Source: an uncultured Verrucomicrobiae bacterium (lineage in GTDB: Bacteria > Verrucomicrobiota > Verrucomicrobiia > Chthoniobacterales > Chthoniobacteraceae). Taken from it: a stretch of DNA of 64,000 nucleotides. The stretch spans positions 224,001 to 288,000 of the forward strand of contig CAWHEP010000008.1 in assembly GCA_963828525.1 (NCBI GenBank), read 5' to 3'. Numbering within the stretch: position 1 is the first letter of the stretch; each line of letters opens with the position of its first letter. A model generated the notes under the pieces. It was not told the DNA's origin. It saw nothing but the letters and a program-made list of their open reading frames with translations, and made no database searches. The position numbers and the translations under genes are program-made. Below are positions 40,198 through 50,105 of the stretch, piece by piece.

Positions 40198-40762
40198 CGG
40201 CCGAAATTTGAAGGTCTATGTCCACGTCATCGGAGACCACCTCCGCGCCTTCGATAACCTTGTTCCATTTCAGCCCAAAATCGCTGCGCTTGATCTGAGT
40301 GGTGCCTTCCCACCCAGTGGTGAGCCCTCCCTGCATCCCTTTTCCTTTGCCCAGGAACTTCACTCGCATGGTCACTTCCTTTGTCACGCCGTGAAGAGTG
40401 AGATCACCCAGAACGTCAGCCGAGTCGGCGCCGAGGATGCTTACCTTCTTGCTTTTAAACTCCAGCGTCGGGAACTTTTCGGCATCGAAGAAGTCCGCGC
40501 TCTTGAGATGCGTGTCGCGCCGCTCGACGCCGGTGTCAACGCTTCCCGCCTTTATGGTGCAGGTGACCGCGGACTTTTCGGGATGCTCGGGATCTGCCTC
40601 TATGGTTCCAGAAAACTCACTAAAATGCCCAAGGACATTGCTAAAGAGATGGCGCACCTTGAAATTCACGCTGGAGTGCATGGGATCGATCTGCAACGTC
40701 TCGGCATGAACCATTGGGCAGACGAAGAGGGAGACTAGCGCGGCACAAAAGATGGATTTCAT
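40181..40762 (-). CDS. yceI: YceI family lipid/polyisoprenoid-binding protein
   Basis: IDPMHSSVNFKVRH, RDTHLKSADFFD and GDLTLHGVTK. Confidence 0.93.
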   Translation of the reverse strand: MKSIFCAALVSLFVCPMVHAETLQIDPMHSSVNFKVRHLFSNVLGHFSEFSGTIEADPEHPEKSAVTCTIKAGSVDTGVERRDTHLKSADFFDAEKFPTLEFKSKKVSILGADSADVLGDLTLHGVTKEVTMRVKFLGKGKGMQGGLTTGWEGTTQIKRSDFGLKWNKVIEGAEVVSDDVDIDLQISADAKAK

Positions 40763-40863
40763 GGAAGCAGCCTAGAATCGAAACTCTTAAAAGAGAAGGG
40801 AAAAGAGGGAAGCAACCGGGCTGTCCCGCTCACCACGCCCCTTCTTCGCAGGACACGCCGTCC

Positions 40864-41700
40864 CTATTTCGTCAGCACAGTTGGCGAGTTCTGTTTGCTG
40901 GCAATATTGCTATGCCTGGAATTGATGACGAAGTCGTTATTATCCCCCAGCCGCGACCAGGGACCGGGCGGGACTTCGCGGAATTCCACAAAGCGCCAAT
41001 CGGTAATATCCGTAGGAGCGAGCGCAAGGTAATCTCTTACCGCGGGAGAGACGTCCAGTCCGGCTCCCCCGTTCAGATTTGGTTTCGGAAGGTCGGTGCC
41101 AAACACATACTGCCAGTGGTCGGTTCGGAAGGGGCCGCAATCGGACCACTGCGCATAGGCCACCCTGTTCCCGTGCCGAATAGCGATCCAACGATCCCGG
41201 CAGACAGACTTGCCCGGACGCTCGAATGCCTCCTTTATCCACGGAATAACCTGGAAGGATTCCGGCTTGGTAGACCCGCGGGTGACGTCGTTAAACGGAA
41301 GCGCGCAGTAGAAGGGATTTTGCCGCGGAGTAAATGCGATGGGCAGGAAGTTGCGGCGGGCATTTGGGTCTGGATTGTCGAAGCCTCCGAAGCTGCCTTC
41401 CCAGTCAGGATCCCATGAACTTGAGTGATTCGGCGTGGGGTTGTTTGGGGTAGGCCGCTCGCCCACCCAAAAGATCGTTGTTCGAATGCCGGTTTTCCAA
41501 GGGAACCGAGGCCCGCCGAAGAACCAGGAGCGGCCTGTTGTAGGAACGATGACCTGTGGCTCAATCCGCAGGAGGGCGCTTTCGCGGAGCTTCATCGCGT
41601 ATCTCGCGAAATCGGCGCTGCTCTGGTAAGGCGACTGCGCAAAGACAGCGCTTGCCGCTCCAGCCAGAGCCATCAACGTTGGGAGGAGACGTGATTTCAT
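40864..41700 (-). CDS. Exported hypothetical protein with RlpA/DPBB-like motifs
   Basis: Signal peptide; NPFYCALP, AQWSDCGP and GLDVSPAV resemble RlpA-type DRGP...IDLS. Confidence 0.55.
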   Translation of the reverse strand: MKSRLLPTLMALAGAASAVFAQSPYQSSADFARYAMKLRESALLRIEPQVIVPTTGRSWFFGGPRFPWKTGIRTTIFWVGERPTPNNPTPNHSSSWDPDWEGSFGGFDNPDPNARRNFLPIAFTPRQNPFYCALPFNDVTRGSTKPESFQVIPWIKEAFERPGKSVCRDRWIAIRHGNRVAYAQWSDCGPFRTDHWQYVFGTDLPKPNLNGGAGLDVSPAVRDYLALAPTDITDWRFVEFREVPPGPWSRLGDNNDFVINSRHSNIASKQNSPTVLTK

Positions 41701-41899
41701 TGGGCTTCGCGCCTTCATAAATGAAGGCCCATGCAGGGTAAAGGGATAATTCTCCGTTTGCCCGATTTTTGACGGAAGCGGCATGAAAAATACATTAATA
41801 AGTCAGGTTCGAGACGCAAGGCCGCATCAGGGTACAGAAAGCAGCAAGTGTGCCGAAATGACCTGGTCGCAGCATTGGGCCACTGGAGGCGTTAGCAGG

Positions 41900-43501
41900 C
41901 TAATCGGCGGACAGGACCGTGTTGCGCTCGAACTCCCGATCTTTCTCAAGATAATCCAAGGTGTAATGCAGGCCCCGGCTTTCTTTGCGCGACAACGCAG
42001 AGTCAACGATAAGGGCCGCGACCGTGACGAGGTTGCGAAGCTCAAGAAGATCAGTGGTGAGCTTAAAGTTCCAGTAGAACTCTTGAACTTCTCGCTGGAG
42101 ATTTCGCAGGCGCGCGCTCGCGCGTCGCAACCGCTTATCCGTTCGGACAATGCCGACATAGTCCCACATGAGACGCCGGATTTCGTCCCAATTGTGGTAA
42201 ACCACCACCAGTTCGTCCAGATCCTGCACGTTGCCACTTTGCCATTCCGGGAGTTCGACGGCGGCGCCAACCGTGAACGCCGGGATTTTCGCAGAGGCGA
42301 GACTCTCCGACGCCCGGTGCGCCATCACCATCGCCTCCAGAAGCGAGTTGCTGGCAAGCCGGTTGGCCCCATGTAAACCGGTGCATGCTACTTCGCCTAT
42401 GGCATAAAGGCCCCGAAGGCTGGAAGCGCCGTTCAAGTCCGTCACGACTCCTCCACACTGGTAATGAGCCGCCGGAACCACGGGGATTGGCTGTCTGGTA
42501 ATGTCGATGCCAAACTGCAGGCAGGTCTCGTAGATGTTGGGAAAACGCTCGCGCACGAACTGCGGAGGTTTTGCGGTGATGTCGAGGTAAACGCATTTTT
42601 CTCCGGTGCGCTTCATCTCCGCGTCAATCGCGCGCGCCACAACATCGCGCGGCGCCAACTCCTTGAGAGGATGGTATTTCGACATAAACTCCTTCCCCTT
42701 TCCGTCTATAAGGATGGCCCCTTCACCCCTCACGGCCTCCGAGATGAGGAAGGAGCGGGCTGTGGGATGGTAGAGGCATGTGGGATGGAATTGGATGAAC
42801 TCCATGTTCGCGATCTCGGCGCCCGCCCGCCATGCCATCGCGACCCCGTCTCCCGTGGCGACGTTGGGGTTTGTTGTGTAGAGATACACCTTGCCGCAGC
42901 CACCAGTCGCAAGAATGAGGCGTGGCGCGCGAACGGTCCGAACGTCGCCGCTTTCCTCGTCCAGAATGTAAACACCCAGGCATCGGTCTTCTGTCGCATA
43001 ACCCAATTTGCTGGCGGTGATGATATCCACTGCCATGTGATTCTCGAGCATGTCGATATTGGGATGCTCGCTTACGGAGCGAAGCAGCACTTCCTCGATC
43101 TCCCGTCCCGTGGTATCTCGCGAGTGCAGCACACGGCGTTTGGAGTGGCCACCCTCACGTCCAAGATCCAGCTCCTTTTCTCCGTTTTCGATGTCACGTT
43201 CATCGAAGTGGACTCCCAGCCCGATCAACTCCCGAATTTGGGACGGCCCTTCCGTGACGATCGTCCGAACGACATCGGGATCGCAGATGCCATCCCCGGC
43301 CGTGAGGGTATCCCCCACGTGCAGGTCGAAGGAGTCTTCCACGCTGGTCACGCTCGCAACACCGCCCTGGGCCCATGCGGTGTTTGAATCGGCGCTGCCT
43401 CGCTTCGTGATAATCGCCACTCGCCCGTGGCAAGCCGCTTTGCGAGCAAACGTCAATCCCGCCACTCCGCTGCCCAGAACCACGAAATCATATTCCATCA
43501 T
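41900..43501 (-). CDS. nadB: L-aspartate oxidase
   Basis: GSGVAGL, AQGG, EGGHS, QFHPT, ISEAVRGEG, LAPRD, HYQCGG and HGANRLASNSLLE. Confidence 0.97.
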   Translation of the reverse strand: MMEYDFVVLGSGVAGLTFARKAACHGRVAIITKRGSADSNTAWAQGGVASVTSVEDSFDLHVGDTLTAGDGICDPDVVRTIVTEGPSQIRELIGLGVHFDERDIENGEKELDLGREGGHSKRRVLHSRDTTGREIEEVLLRSVSEHPNIDMLENHMAVDIITASKLGYATEDRCLGVYILDEESGDVRTVRAPRLILATGGCGKVYLYTTNPNVATGDGVAMAWRAGAEIANMEFIQFHPTCLYHPTARSFLISEAVRGEGAILIDGKGKEFMSKYHPLKELAPRDVVARAIDAEMKRTGEKCVYLDITAKPPQFVRERFPNIYETCLQFGIDITRQPIPVVPAAHYQCGGVVTDLNGASSLRGLYAIGEVACTGLHGANRLASNSLLEAMVMAHRASESLASAKIPAFTVGAAVELPEWQSGNVQDLDELVVVYHNWDEIRRLMWDYVGIVRTDKRLRRASARLRNLQREVQEFYWNFKLTTDLLELRNLVTVAALIVDSALSRKESRGLHYTLDYLEKDREFERNTVLSAD

Positions 43502-44367
43502 AAAGGGGAAAGGCTCGCCTTCGAATGATTCGAAACGAGCATGTTATCGATGAGCCTGGTTCGCCCAAAAAAAACGGCCATCACCACGAGACTCTGTTCC
43601 TTTGGCTGGCGCGATGGCCGCAGGGAGACGGGATCCACAACCTCGACGTAATCAATCCTGGCGAGTGACGCTCTTGCCACCATGCGCGAGACGCGGGCCC
43701 GAATGTTCCGCGCGGAAGCTCCCCGGCGCGCAAGCTCCGCCGCCGCAAGAAGGGCCTCATGGAGGACAGGGGCCTGGGCTCTCTCCGCCGCGTTCAGATA
43801 TGAATTCCGGGAGCTGAGGGCGAGCCCATCTCGCTCGCGGACTGTATTCAAACCGATGATGCTAACAGGGAGATTCAGGTCTCGAACCATGCGCCGGATA
43901 ATCGCGAGTTGCTGAAAATCTTTCCTGCCGAAAATTGCGGCGTCAGGAGCCATGATGTTGAGCAATTTCGTAACGACTGTGCAAACGCCGCGGAAGTGAC
44001 CCGGACGAGATGAGCCACAGAGAACGGACGAAATTCCAGTCTCTTCGACATAAGTCGAAAAACCCTCTGGATACATTTCTTCCGCAGAGGGATGAAAAAC
44101 CAGGTCCACTCCCATGGCACGGCAAAGGCCGCGATCAGAAACGAAAGGTCTCGGGTAAGCGGACAGGTCCTCTCCTGGACGAAACTGAGTCGGATTTACG
44201 AATATGCTGACGGCCACGGTTCCGCTCTCACCAGCCACCTTTCTCGCCTTCCTGATCAAAGCAGCGTGGCCCGCGTGAAGGGCACCCATAGTGGGCACCA
44301 GAACCAGCGGGGATGGAGCGGCGCGGCAAAACTTCCGGGTTTGCGCAACCGAATGAAAAATTTTCAA
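43498..44367 (-). CDS. panC: Pantoate--beta-alanine ligase
   Basis: PTMGALHAGH, FVNPTQF, RPGHFRGV, KDFQQ, ALSSRN and RLIDN. Confidence 0.97.
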   Translation of the reverse strand: MKIFHSVAQTRKFCRAAPSPLVLVPTMGALHAGHAALIRKARKVAGESGTVAVSIFVNPTQFRPGEDLSAYPRPFVSDRGLCRAMGVDLVFHPSAEEMYPEGFSTYVEETGISSVLCGSSRPGHFRGVCTVVTKLLNIMAPDAAIFGRKDFQQLAIIRRMVRDLNLPVSIIGLNTVRERDGLALSSRNSYLNAAERAQAPVLHEALLAAAELARRGASARNIRARVSRMVARASLARIDYVEVVDPVSLRPSRQPKEQSLVVMAVFFGRTRLIDNMLVSNHSKASLSPL

Positions 44368-44465
44368 GCTGCGCGACTCTATCCGACACGGACGGACGGC
44401 AGCAAGCTCCTCCTCGATGAGCGAAGGGCCGCCTATTTAAGGCGGCACTCTAACGGAACAGCACC

Positions 44466-44660
44466 CTACTCTGGCTGACCCGCAAGAACTAGCTTCCCGT
44501 TATTTCTGGCGAGCGGCTCACCCTCCGAAATCGAGTCGGAGACGTCCTGTTCAATCAGGGTGATCAAGTAATTGCTGAGAGATCGCCGGTCTCTCTGGGC
44601 TTTCACTTTGGCTTTCGAAAGCAAGTCTTCAGGGCAGCGGAATGCGGTATATTTAGTCAT
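44466..44660 (-). CDS. Small ribbon-helix-helix (Arc/CopG-like) DNA-binding protein
   Basis: YTAFRC strand followed by DLLSKAKVKAQRDRRSLSNYLITLIE. Confidence 0.7.
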   Translation of the reverse strand: MTKYTAFRCPEDLLSKAKVKAQRDRRSLSNYLITLIEQDVSDSISEGEPLARNNGKLVLAGQPE

Positions 44661-44809
44661 ACGGTATAAACAAGTCGCGTTGTGACGGAGCTGGGCCCCT
44701 GCGCACTATATTTTCCATAGTGATGTAAGGCAAACCCCGATTTCTGGATCATACAGCACCCTGAGCTGTTCAACAACATAAAACTTGTGAAAATCAGGAA
44801 CCCTACGCG

Positions 44810-46954
44810 CTATTTCGGCGGAGAGATATCCAGTTCGTGGAACAGGAAAGCGAAAACGTCCGCCTGTTGAGATATCTTCTCCGAAAGGGCGGTTCCAATT
44901 CCATGTCCCGCATGCATGCTGACGCGGAGAATAACTGGCAGACCGGAGGTCGTCGCGCGCTGAAGGCGAGCGGCCATTTTATAAGAATTGTGAGGCGCCA
45001 CCCGGCCGTCGTTCTGCCCAGTGGAGAGGAAGACAGCCGGATATCTCGTTCCATCCACGACGTGATGGTAGGGCGAGTAGGCATAAAGCGCGCGAAACTG
45101 CTCGGGGTCTTTAACGGTTCCAAACTCGGTGACATTAAAGGCTCCGTTGGGCTCAAGTTCAGAGCGCAGCGAATCATAGATGCCGACCGCTGACACGACG
45201 GCGCGCGCGAGTTCCGGCTTTTGAGTGAGAACGGCTCCCATGAGAAGTCCCCCGTTGCTCGCGCCCTGCAGGGCCAGCCTTGAGGACGAAGTATATTTTC
45301 GCTCGATCAAATAGCGCCCGCACGCCTCGAAATCATCAAACACGTTTTGCTTGAGCGTGAGATTGCCGGCTTTGTGCCAGTTCTCTCCAAACTCGCCTCC
45401 ACCCCGGATGTTCGCTACCGCGAACACGCCGCCCGCATCCATCCAAAGACGCCGCGTAAAATCGAAGGCGGGGGAAAGGCTGATGCCATAGCCGCCATAG
45501 CCGTATAGCAACAGGGGATTGGAACCATCGAGCTTGCAGTCTTTCCGACGAAGAATGTTGATGGGGACTCGGGCGCCGTCAGGAGAGGCGGCAAATTCGC
45601 GAACAACTTCGCAATCGTCGAAATTGACAGGAGAGGCGCCAGCCAGCGCGGTTTTCGTAATCGCCCCGCTCGCAAGATCATACCGAAGCCACGCGTATGG
45701 GTTAAGGTAGCTGACGTTGCGCAAGAGTATTTTCCCCTGCCCGATCGCAAGCACTTGTTGAACAGATGAAACCGCAGGGATTGGAATGACTGTTTGCGAG
45801 CGGCCATCGAGATCGCACTTTCGGAGCCGGGAAGGGCCGCCCACCATATCGAGGACGACAAGAAAGTTCTCAGAAGGGTAGACAGACTCGACAACAGCAT
45901 CGCTTTCAGGCACCACGACAAAGGCCTTGCCGAGGTCTGTGGCTCCCGCGGGCAGGCGGAGAACTTTGCCGCGAGGGGCGCCTTTTCGCGAGAGCAAGTA
46001 GACACTGTCGTCCCAGCCAAACGCGGCGCTCTTCACCTCATCGGGGAAGTCCGCGATTCGGGTCCAGGCTCCTCCCTCGCGCTGGAGGTAGAACGCATAG
46101 TCGCCCCCATCCCCATTCGACACGGACGCGCAAATCGAATGTCCGTCGTGGGAGGATTGCAGGTGAATCTCGGCAATGCGGGGTAAATCTTTGCCTAGCG
46201 AGTAAACGTCACTGCTTTCAGGACTGCCAATCCTATGAAAGTAAATCTGCTGATGAAAATTTAACTCAGCATCAGGCCGCTCGCCGGATCGCGGGAAACG
46301 GGTGTAGTAGATGCCGGTGCCATCCGCATTCCAGGCGGCGCTTCCACCCGCGGTTGGATACTGCGCGCGAGGAATACTGTCGGGAAGAGCGGAGGAATCT
46401 CCGACTCGATAGAAATGAAGAGCGCCCTCTTCTGAACCGCCATGGGACAGCGAGACGGCTGCAAGTTTGCCATCTTGTGACGGGACATACCAATCGATGG
46501 CGGTCGTTCCGGCTGTATCCAACTCATTTGGATCGAGGATGACCTTTTCAGTTTCCGGTTTATCGGCCGATTCCAGCATGACGAGGATGGGCTGCTGCTT
46601 CGGGGGCTGAAGCTTGAGCGCGAAAAGAGCGCCGCCTCTCCACGTCAGACCGAAGTAGTTTGGCGACGACGCGGCATACCATCCTTTAAGCTTCGCTTCG
46701 ATCGCCGCGCGGCCTGGCAGCGCGTCGAGAAACTCGTGAGCCACCTTGTTCTGGCTCTGAACCCATGCGCGCACTTTCTCGTCCTTTGTTTTCTCGAGCC
46801 ATTGGTAGTCGTCTTCGACCTGGATGCCGTGATAGGTATCCAAAACAGGCACTCTTTCCGTCTCGATTGCGCCGCGCGCGTCTAGCATCGATAACGAACA
46901 AATAAAAGGCAGTATGGAAGCATGGAGCCTGGCTGAAGATTTTAAGATTTTCAT
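44810..46954 (-). CDS. Prolyl oligopeptidase (S9A)
   Basis: DDYQWLE, YGYGGY, ANIRGGGEFGE, GASNGGLL (Ser), NDGRV (Asp) and AGHG (His). Confidence 0.96.
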   Translation of the reverse strand: MKILKSSARLHASILPFICSLSMLDARGAIETERVPVLDTYHGIQVEDDYQWLEKTKDEKVRAWVQSQNKVAHEFLDALPGRAAIEAKLKGWYAASSPNYFGLTWRGGALFALKLQPPKQQPILVMLESADKPETEKVILDPNELDTAGTTAIDWYVPSQDGKLAAVSLSHGGSEEGALHFYRVGDSSALPDSIPRAQYPTAGGSAAWNADGTGIYYTRFPRSGERPDAELNFHQQIYFHRIGSPESSDVYSLGKDLPRIAEIHLQSSHDGHSICASVSNGDGGDYAFYLQREGGAWTRIADFPDEVKSAAFGWDDSVYLLSRKGAPRGKVLRLPAGATDLGKAFVVVPESDAVVESVYPSENFLVVLDMVGGPSRLRKCDLDGRSQTVIPIPAVSSVQQVLAIGQGKILLRNVSYLNPYAWLRYDLASGAITKTALAGASPVNFDDCEVVREFAASPDGARVPINILRRKDCKLDGSNPLLLYGYGGYGISLSPAFDFTRRLWMDAGGVFAVANIRGGGEFGENWHKAGNLTLKQNVFDDFEACGRYLIERKYTSSSRLALQGASNGGLLMGAVLTQKPELARAVVSAVGIYDSLRSELEPNGAFNVTEFGTVKDPEQFRALYAYSPYHHVVDGTRYPAVFLSTGQNDGRVAPHNSYKMAARLQRATTSGLPVILRVSMHAGHGIGTALSEKISQQADVFAFLFHELDISPPK

Positions 46955-46978
46955 TCGGAAGCGTCTGCTTCATTCAAC

Positions 46979-48535
46979 ATGATTGAACGTGAAGAGCCAG
47001 AGCATTCCTCTCGGGAGAACGCGACCACCGCGACACCACCGAGCTACTGGCTTACCCGCTTTGCCATTCTCAGGCTGCTCGGCTTTGTCTATTTCATCGC
47101 GTTTCTCTCGCTGGCGCAACAGGTCCTGCCATTGATAGGACATGATGGGCTGCTGCCGGCAGATTCCTTTCTCATGCAGGTCGCTTCTCACTTCGGATCG
47201 AGAAGCGCCGCTTTCCTGAGGCTTCCGTCCGTGTTCTGGTTGGGAGTCTCAGACACCAGCCTCGTGGTATGCGCCTGGTGTGGAACAGCGCTTTCTCTGG
47301 CGGTGTGCCTTGGATACGCGAATTCCCTGATGATGCTGACCCTGTGGGGTCTCTACATGTCGTATGTCCACATTGGACAGGATTGGTTCTCATACGGTTG
47401 GGACATTCAGATCCTTGAAACCGGATTCCTCGGGGTTTTCCTGTGCCCACTTCTGGATGGCCGTCCTTTTCCGAGGCGATCGCCGCCGGTTGCCGTCCTT
47501 TGGTTAATGCGCTGGCTAACTTTCCGCATCATGCTTGGCGCGGGACTGATCAAGATGCGAGGCGATCCATGCTGGCGTGACCTGACATGTCTTTACTACC
47601 ACTACGAGACACAGCCCCTCCCCGGGCCGCTCAGTCGAGCTTTACACTTCGCGCCGCATTGGTCCCAAAAATTAGGCGTCCTTTGGAATCATGTCATCGA
47701 ACTGGCAGTTCCGTGGTTCGCCTTGGGCCCGCGAGCAGCGCGCCATGTGGCTGGGGTTCTGCTCGCCAGTTTTCAGGTAATACTGATCCTGAGCGGAAAC
47801 CTGTCATTCCTAAACTGGCTGACAATCGTGCCAATTCTTGCCTGCTTTGATGATTCGTTTTTTGCAAAGATCGTCCCACGGCGGCTCAGCATGGCAGCGT
47901 CGAGCGCGGCGGAGATTGCGGAACCCTCCAGAGTTCAAGACATCAGCGCGATCCTGCTGGCGGTCACTGTGGGTCTGCTGAGCGTCATGCCAACGCTGAA
48001 CCTCTTCTCGGGATCGCAATTGATGAACGCCTCTTTCGATCCCATCCATCTGGTGAATACATACGGCGCGTTCGGATCGGTCGGGAAAGAGCGGGATGAG
48101 ATCATCTTCGAAGGAACGCGCGATGAGGAAGTAACGAGCCGGACACAGTGGAAGGAATATGAGTTCAAGTGCAAGCCCGGGGATCCGTTCCGCAGGCCGC
48201 CTTTTGTCACTCCTTACCATTGCCGCCTCGACTGGCAGATTTGGTTTGCGGCGATGTCCACGTTCCAGGAATACCCATGGACTCTGCATTTCGTCTGGAA
48301 GCTTCTTCACAATGACGCAGGCGTCCTGGGCCTGCTGGCTGGCAATCCCTTCCCCGGTTCTCCCCCGCGCTTTATTCGCGCGGAGCTTTACCGCTACCAG
48401 TTCGCCAAGCCGGGCAATACGGAAGGCGCATGGTGGAAGCGGGAGCGGATCGGCGAATGGCTGCCCGCTCTTTCCGCCGATGACGAGGGGTTCAAGCAGT
48501 TTCTCTCCGCCAATGGGTGGGACGCCGGACGGTGA
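46979..48535 (+). CDS. Lipase maturation factor (LMF1-like) membrane protein
   Basis: ILETGFL, FRIMLGAGLIK, WRDLTCLYYHYETQPLP, NTYGAFG, CKPGD and RLDWQIWFAAM. Confidence 0.9.
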   Translation: MIEREEPEHSSRENATTATPPSYWLTRFAILRLLGFVYFIAFLSLAQQVLPLIGHDGLLPADSFLMQVASHFGSRSAAFLRLPSVFWLGVSDTSLVVCAWCGTALSLAVCLGYANSLMMLTLWGLYMSYVHIGQDWFSYGWDIQILETGFLGVFLCPLLDGRPFPRRSPPVAVLWLMRWLTFRIMLGAGLIKMRGDPCWRDLTCLYYHYETQPLPGPLSRALHFAPHWSQKLGVLWNHVIELAVPWFALGPRAARHVAGVLLASFQVILILSGNLSFLNWLTIVPILACFDDSFFAKIVPRRLSMAASSAAEIAEPSRVQDISAILLAVTVGLLSVMPTLNLFSGSQLMNASFDPIHLVNTYGAFGSVGKERDEIIFEGTRDEEVTSRTQWKEYEFKCKPGDPFRRPPFVTPYHCRLDWQIWFAAMSTFQEYPWTLHFVWKLLHNDAGVLGLLAGNPFPGSPPRFIRAELYRYQFAKPGNTEGAWWKRERIGEWLPALSADDEGFKQFLSANGWDAGR

Positions 48536-48613
48536 CAAGCAGGGGCTTCGGAGTGTTCGAACGCGTTTTTCGTTTCCTGCCGTCGACTATCCGCCTACTT
48601 GTAGTCCCCTCCC

Positions 48614-49582
48614 ATGCTCGCCTATTTCCTGGATTCGTTTAGCCCCTTCATTTTTGAACTGCGCCCCGGCGTCGGGATCCGGTGGTATGGCTTTGCTTAT
48701 GTGCTGGCTTTTATCTGCGGCTACGCGCTCTACCGATGGCTTGCGAAAAAGGGCTACTCGGAGCTGGCGCCAGAGCAGGTAGGCGACTTCATTACCTGGG
48801 CAGCGGTGTTCGGCGTGATGCTGGGGGGACGACTTGGCTACACGCTGTTCTATAATCTGCGGGAGACGCTGGCCGCGCCCATTACCTTCTTTTACCTGTG
48901 GCAGGGAGGGATGGCGAGCCACGGCGGCATTCTGGGGCTTGTGCTATTCACGCTGTACTACGCCAGGCGTCATCATCTCTCCTGGACAGGAATCGGTGAT
49001 AATCTCGTGGTTGTCGCTCCCATAGGTCTGTTCTTCGGGAGATGCGCCAACTTTATAAACGGGGAACTCTATGGCTGGCCGTCAAAGGCGCCTTGGGCGG
49101 TACAGTTCCCGAAAGAAATGATCGAAGCGCCGGATATAGGCGAGAAGGCAGTCCGAGCTTGCGCGGAGGCGAACCTTGATCTCACCCAAACTCCCGATCC
49201 GAGATTTTTAACGCCCGATGGATTGGTGGAAGCGTCCAGGCACAATGCTCATGTCCAGGAGATTCTGCGCGGCATCTTAACGCCACGTCATCCCTCCCAG
49301 ATCTATGAAGCGCTCCTGGAAGGTGTCGTGTTGTTCGCGACGCTCTGGATATTACGAGTTTACACGCGACAGCCAAGAGGCGTGCTGACCGGCGCCTTCT
49401 TCGTGCTTTACGCGCTCCTGCGGATCGTCGGCGAGGAGTTTCGCGTGCCGGACAATGGCATCCCGCTCACAGGGCCGTTTACGCGCGGGCAGTTCCTCTC
49501 GCTGTTCATGATCCTCATAGGAGCGGCTTTCATCATCTACGGAAGAATCTCAAAACAGTACAAACGCGCGCAGGCGTGTTGA
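48614..49582 (+). CDS. lgt: Prolipoprotein diacylglyceryl transferase
   Basis: RWYG, GGRLGY, GGMASHGG, GRCANFINGELYG and RHPSQIYE. Confidence 0.97.
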   Translation: MLAYFLDSFSPFIFELRPGVGIRWYGFAYVLAFICGYALYRWLAKKGYSELAPEQVGDFITWAAVFGVMLGGRLGYTLFYNLRETLAAPITFFYLWQGGMASHGGILGLVLFTLYYARRHHLSWTGIGDNLVVVAPIGLFFGRCANFINGELYGWPSKAPWAVQFPKEMIEAPDIGEKAVRACAEANLDLTQTPDPRFLTPDGLVEASRHNAHVQEILRGILTPRHPSQIYEALLEGVVLFATLWILRVYTRQPRGVLTGAFFVLYALLRIVGEEFRVPDNGIPLTGPFTRGQFLSLFMILIGAAFIIYGRISKQYKRAQAC

Positions 49583-49600
49583 CGATCAGCGCAGCGCGGT

Positions 49601-50008
49601 TTATGGGCGAATGAACCGGCGGCCGGTGCTCGGATCTTCGACCACTGCTCCCGACGGTATGCCGCGGCAGTCAATGACATTGTGCGGCTCGTACGGGCTT
49701 TCCACCATGCCATGGCCCAGCGGACGGGCATAGGGGAGACGGTGACCCCGATAGTGGTAATTGTCATCGTAACCATCTTCCCGATGAGACTCATCGACGG
49801 CGTGACCGACCAAAGCGCCAGCGCCCGCTCCCAGAATTGCGCCTGCTGCAATATTATTGCCTCGCCCGCCGCCTAGCAGGCTACCCAAAGCGGCCCCTCC
49901 GGCGGCTCCGCTTAGGGCACCGGTGCCGGTCGCTGTCTCACAGGAAGTCAGGCAGAGGGTCGAAGGTATTGCTAATGCAAGGGCGGCGATGGCAGAGGTA
50001 ATTTTCAT
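49601..50008 (-). CDS. Glycine-zipper lipoprotein
   Basis: Lipobox LTSC followed by GAAGGAALG/GAILGAGAGALVG. Confidence 0.8.
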   Translation of the reverse strand: MKITSAIAALALAIPSTLCLTSCETATGTGALSGAAGGAALGSLLGGGRGNNIAAGAILGAGAGALVGHAVDESHREDGYDDNYHYRGHRLPYARPLGHGMVESPYEPHNVIDCRGIPSGAVVEDPSTGRRFIRP

Positions 50009-50105
50009 ATTAGGGTATTGGTGTGGTAGGAGTTCCTGAGCATGGACGCTTCTCACGATCTGTCTATTCAAATATCTCGATGGCCTGATTGCGGCACGAT
50101 TAGCG

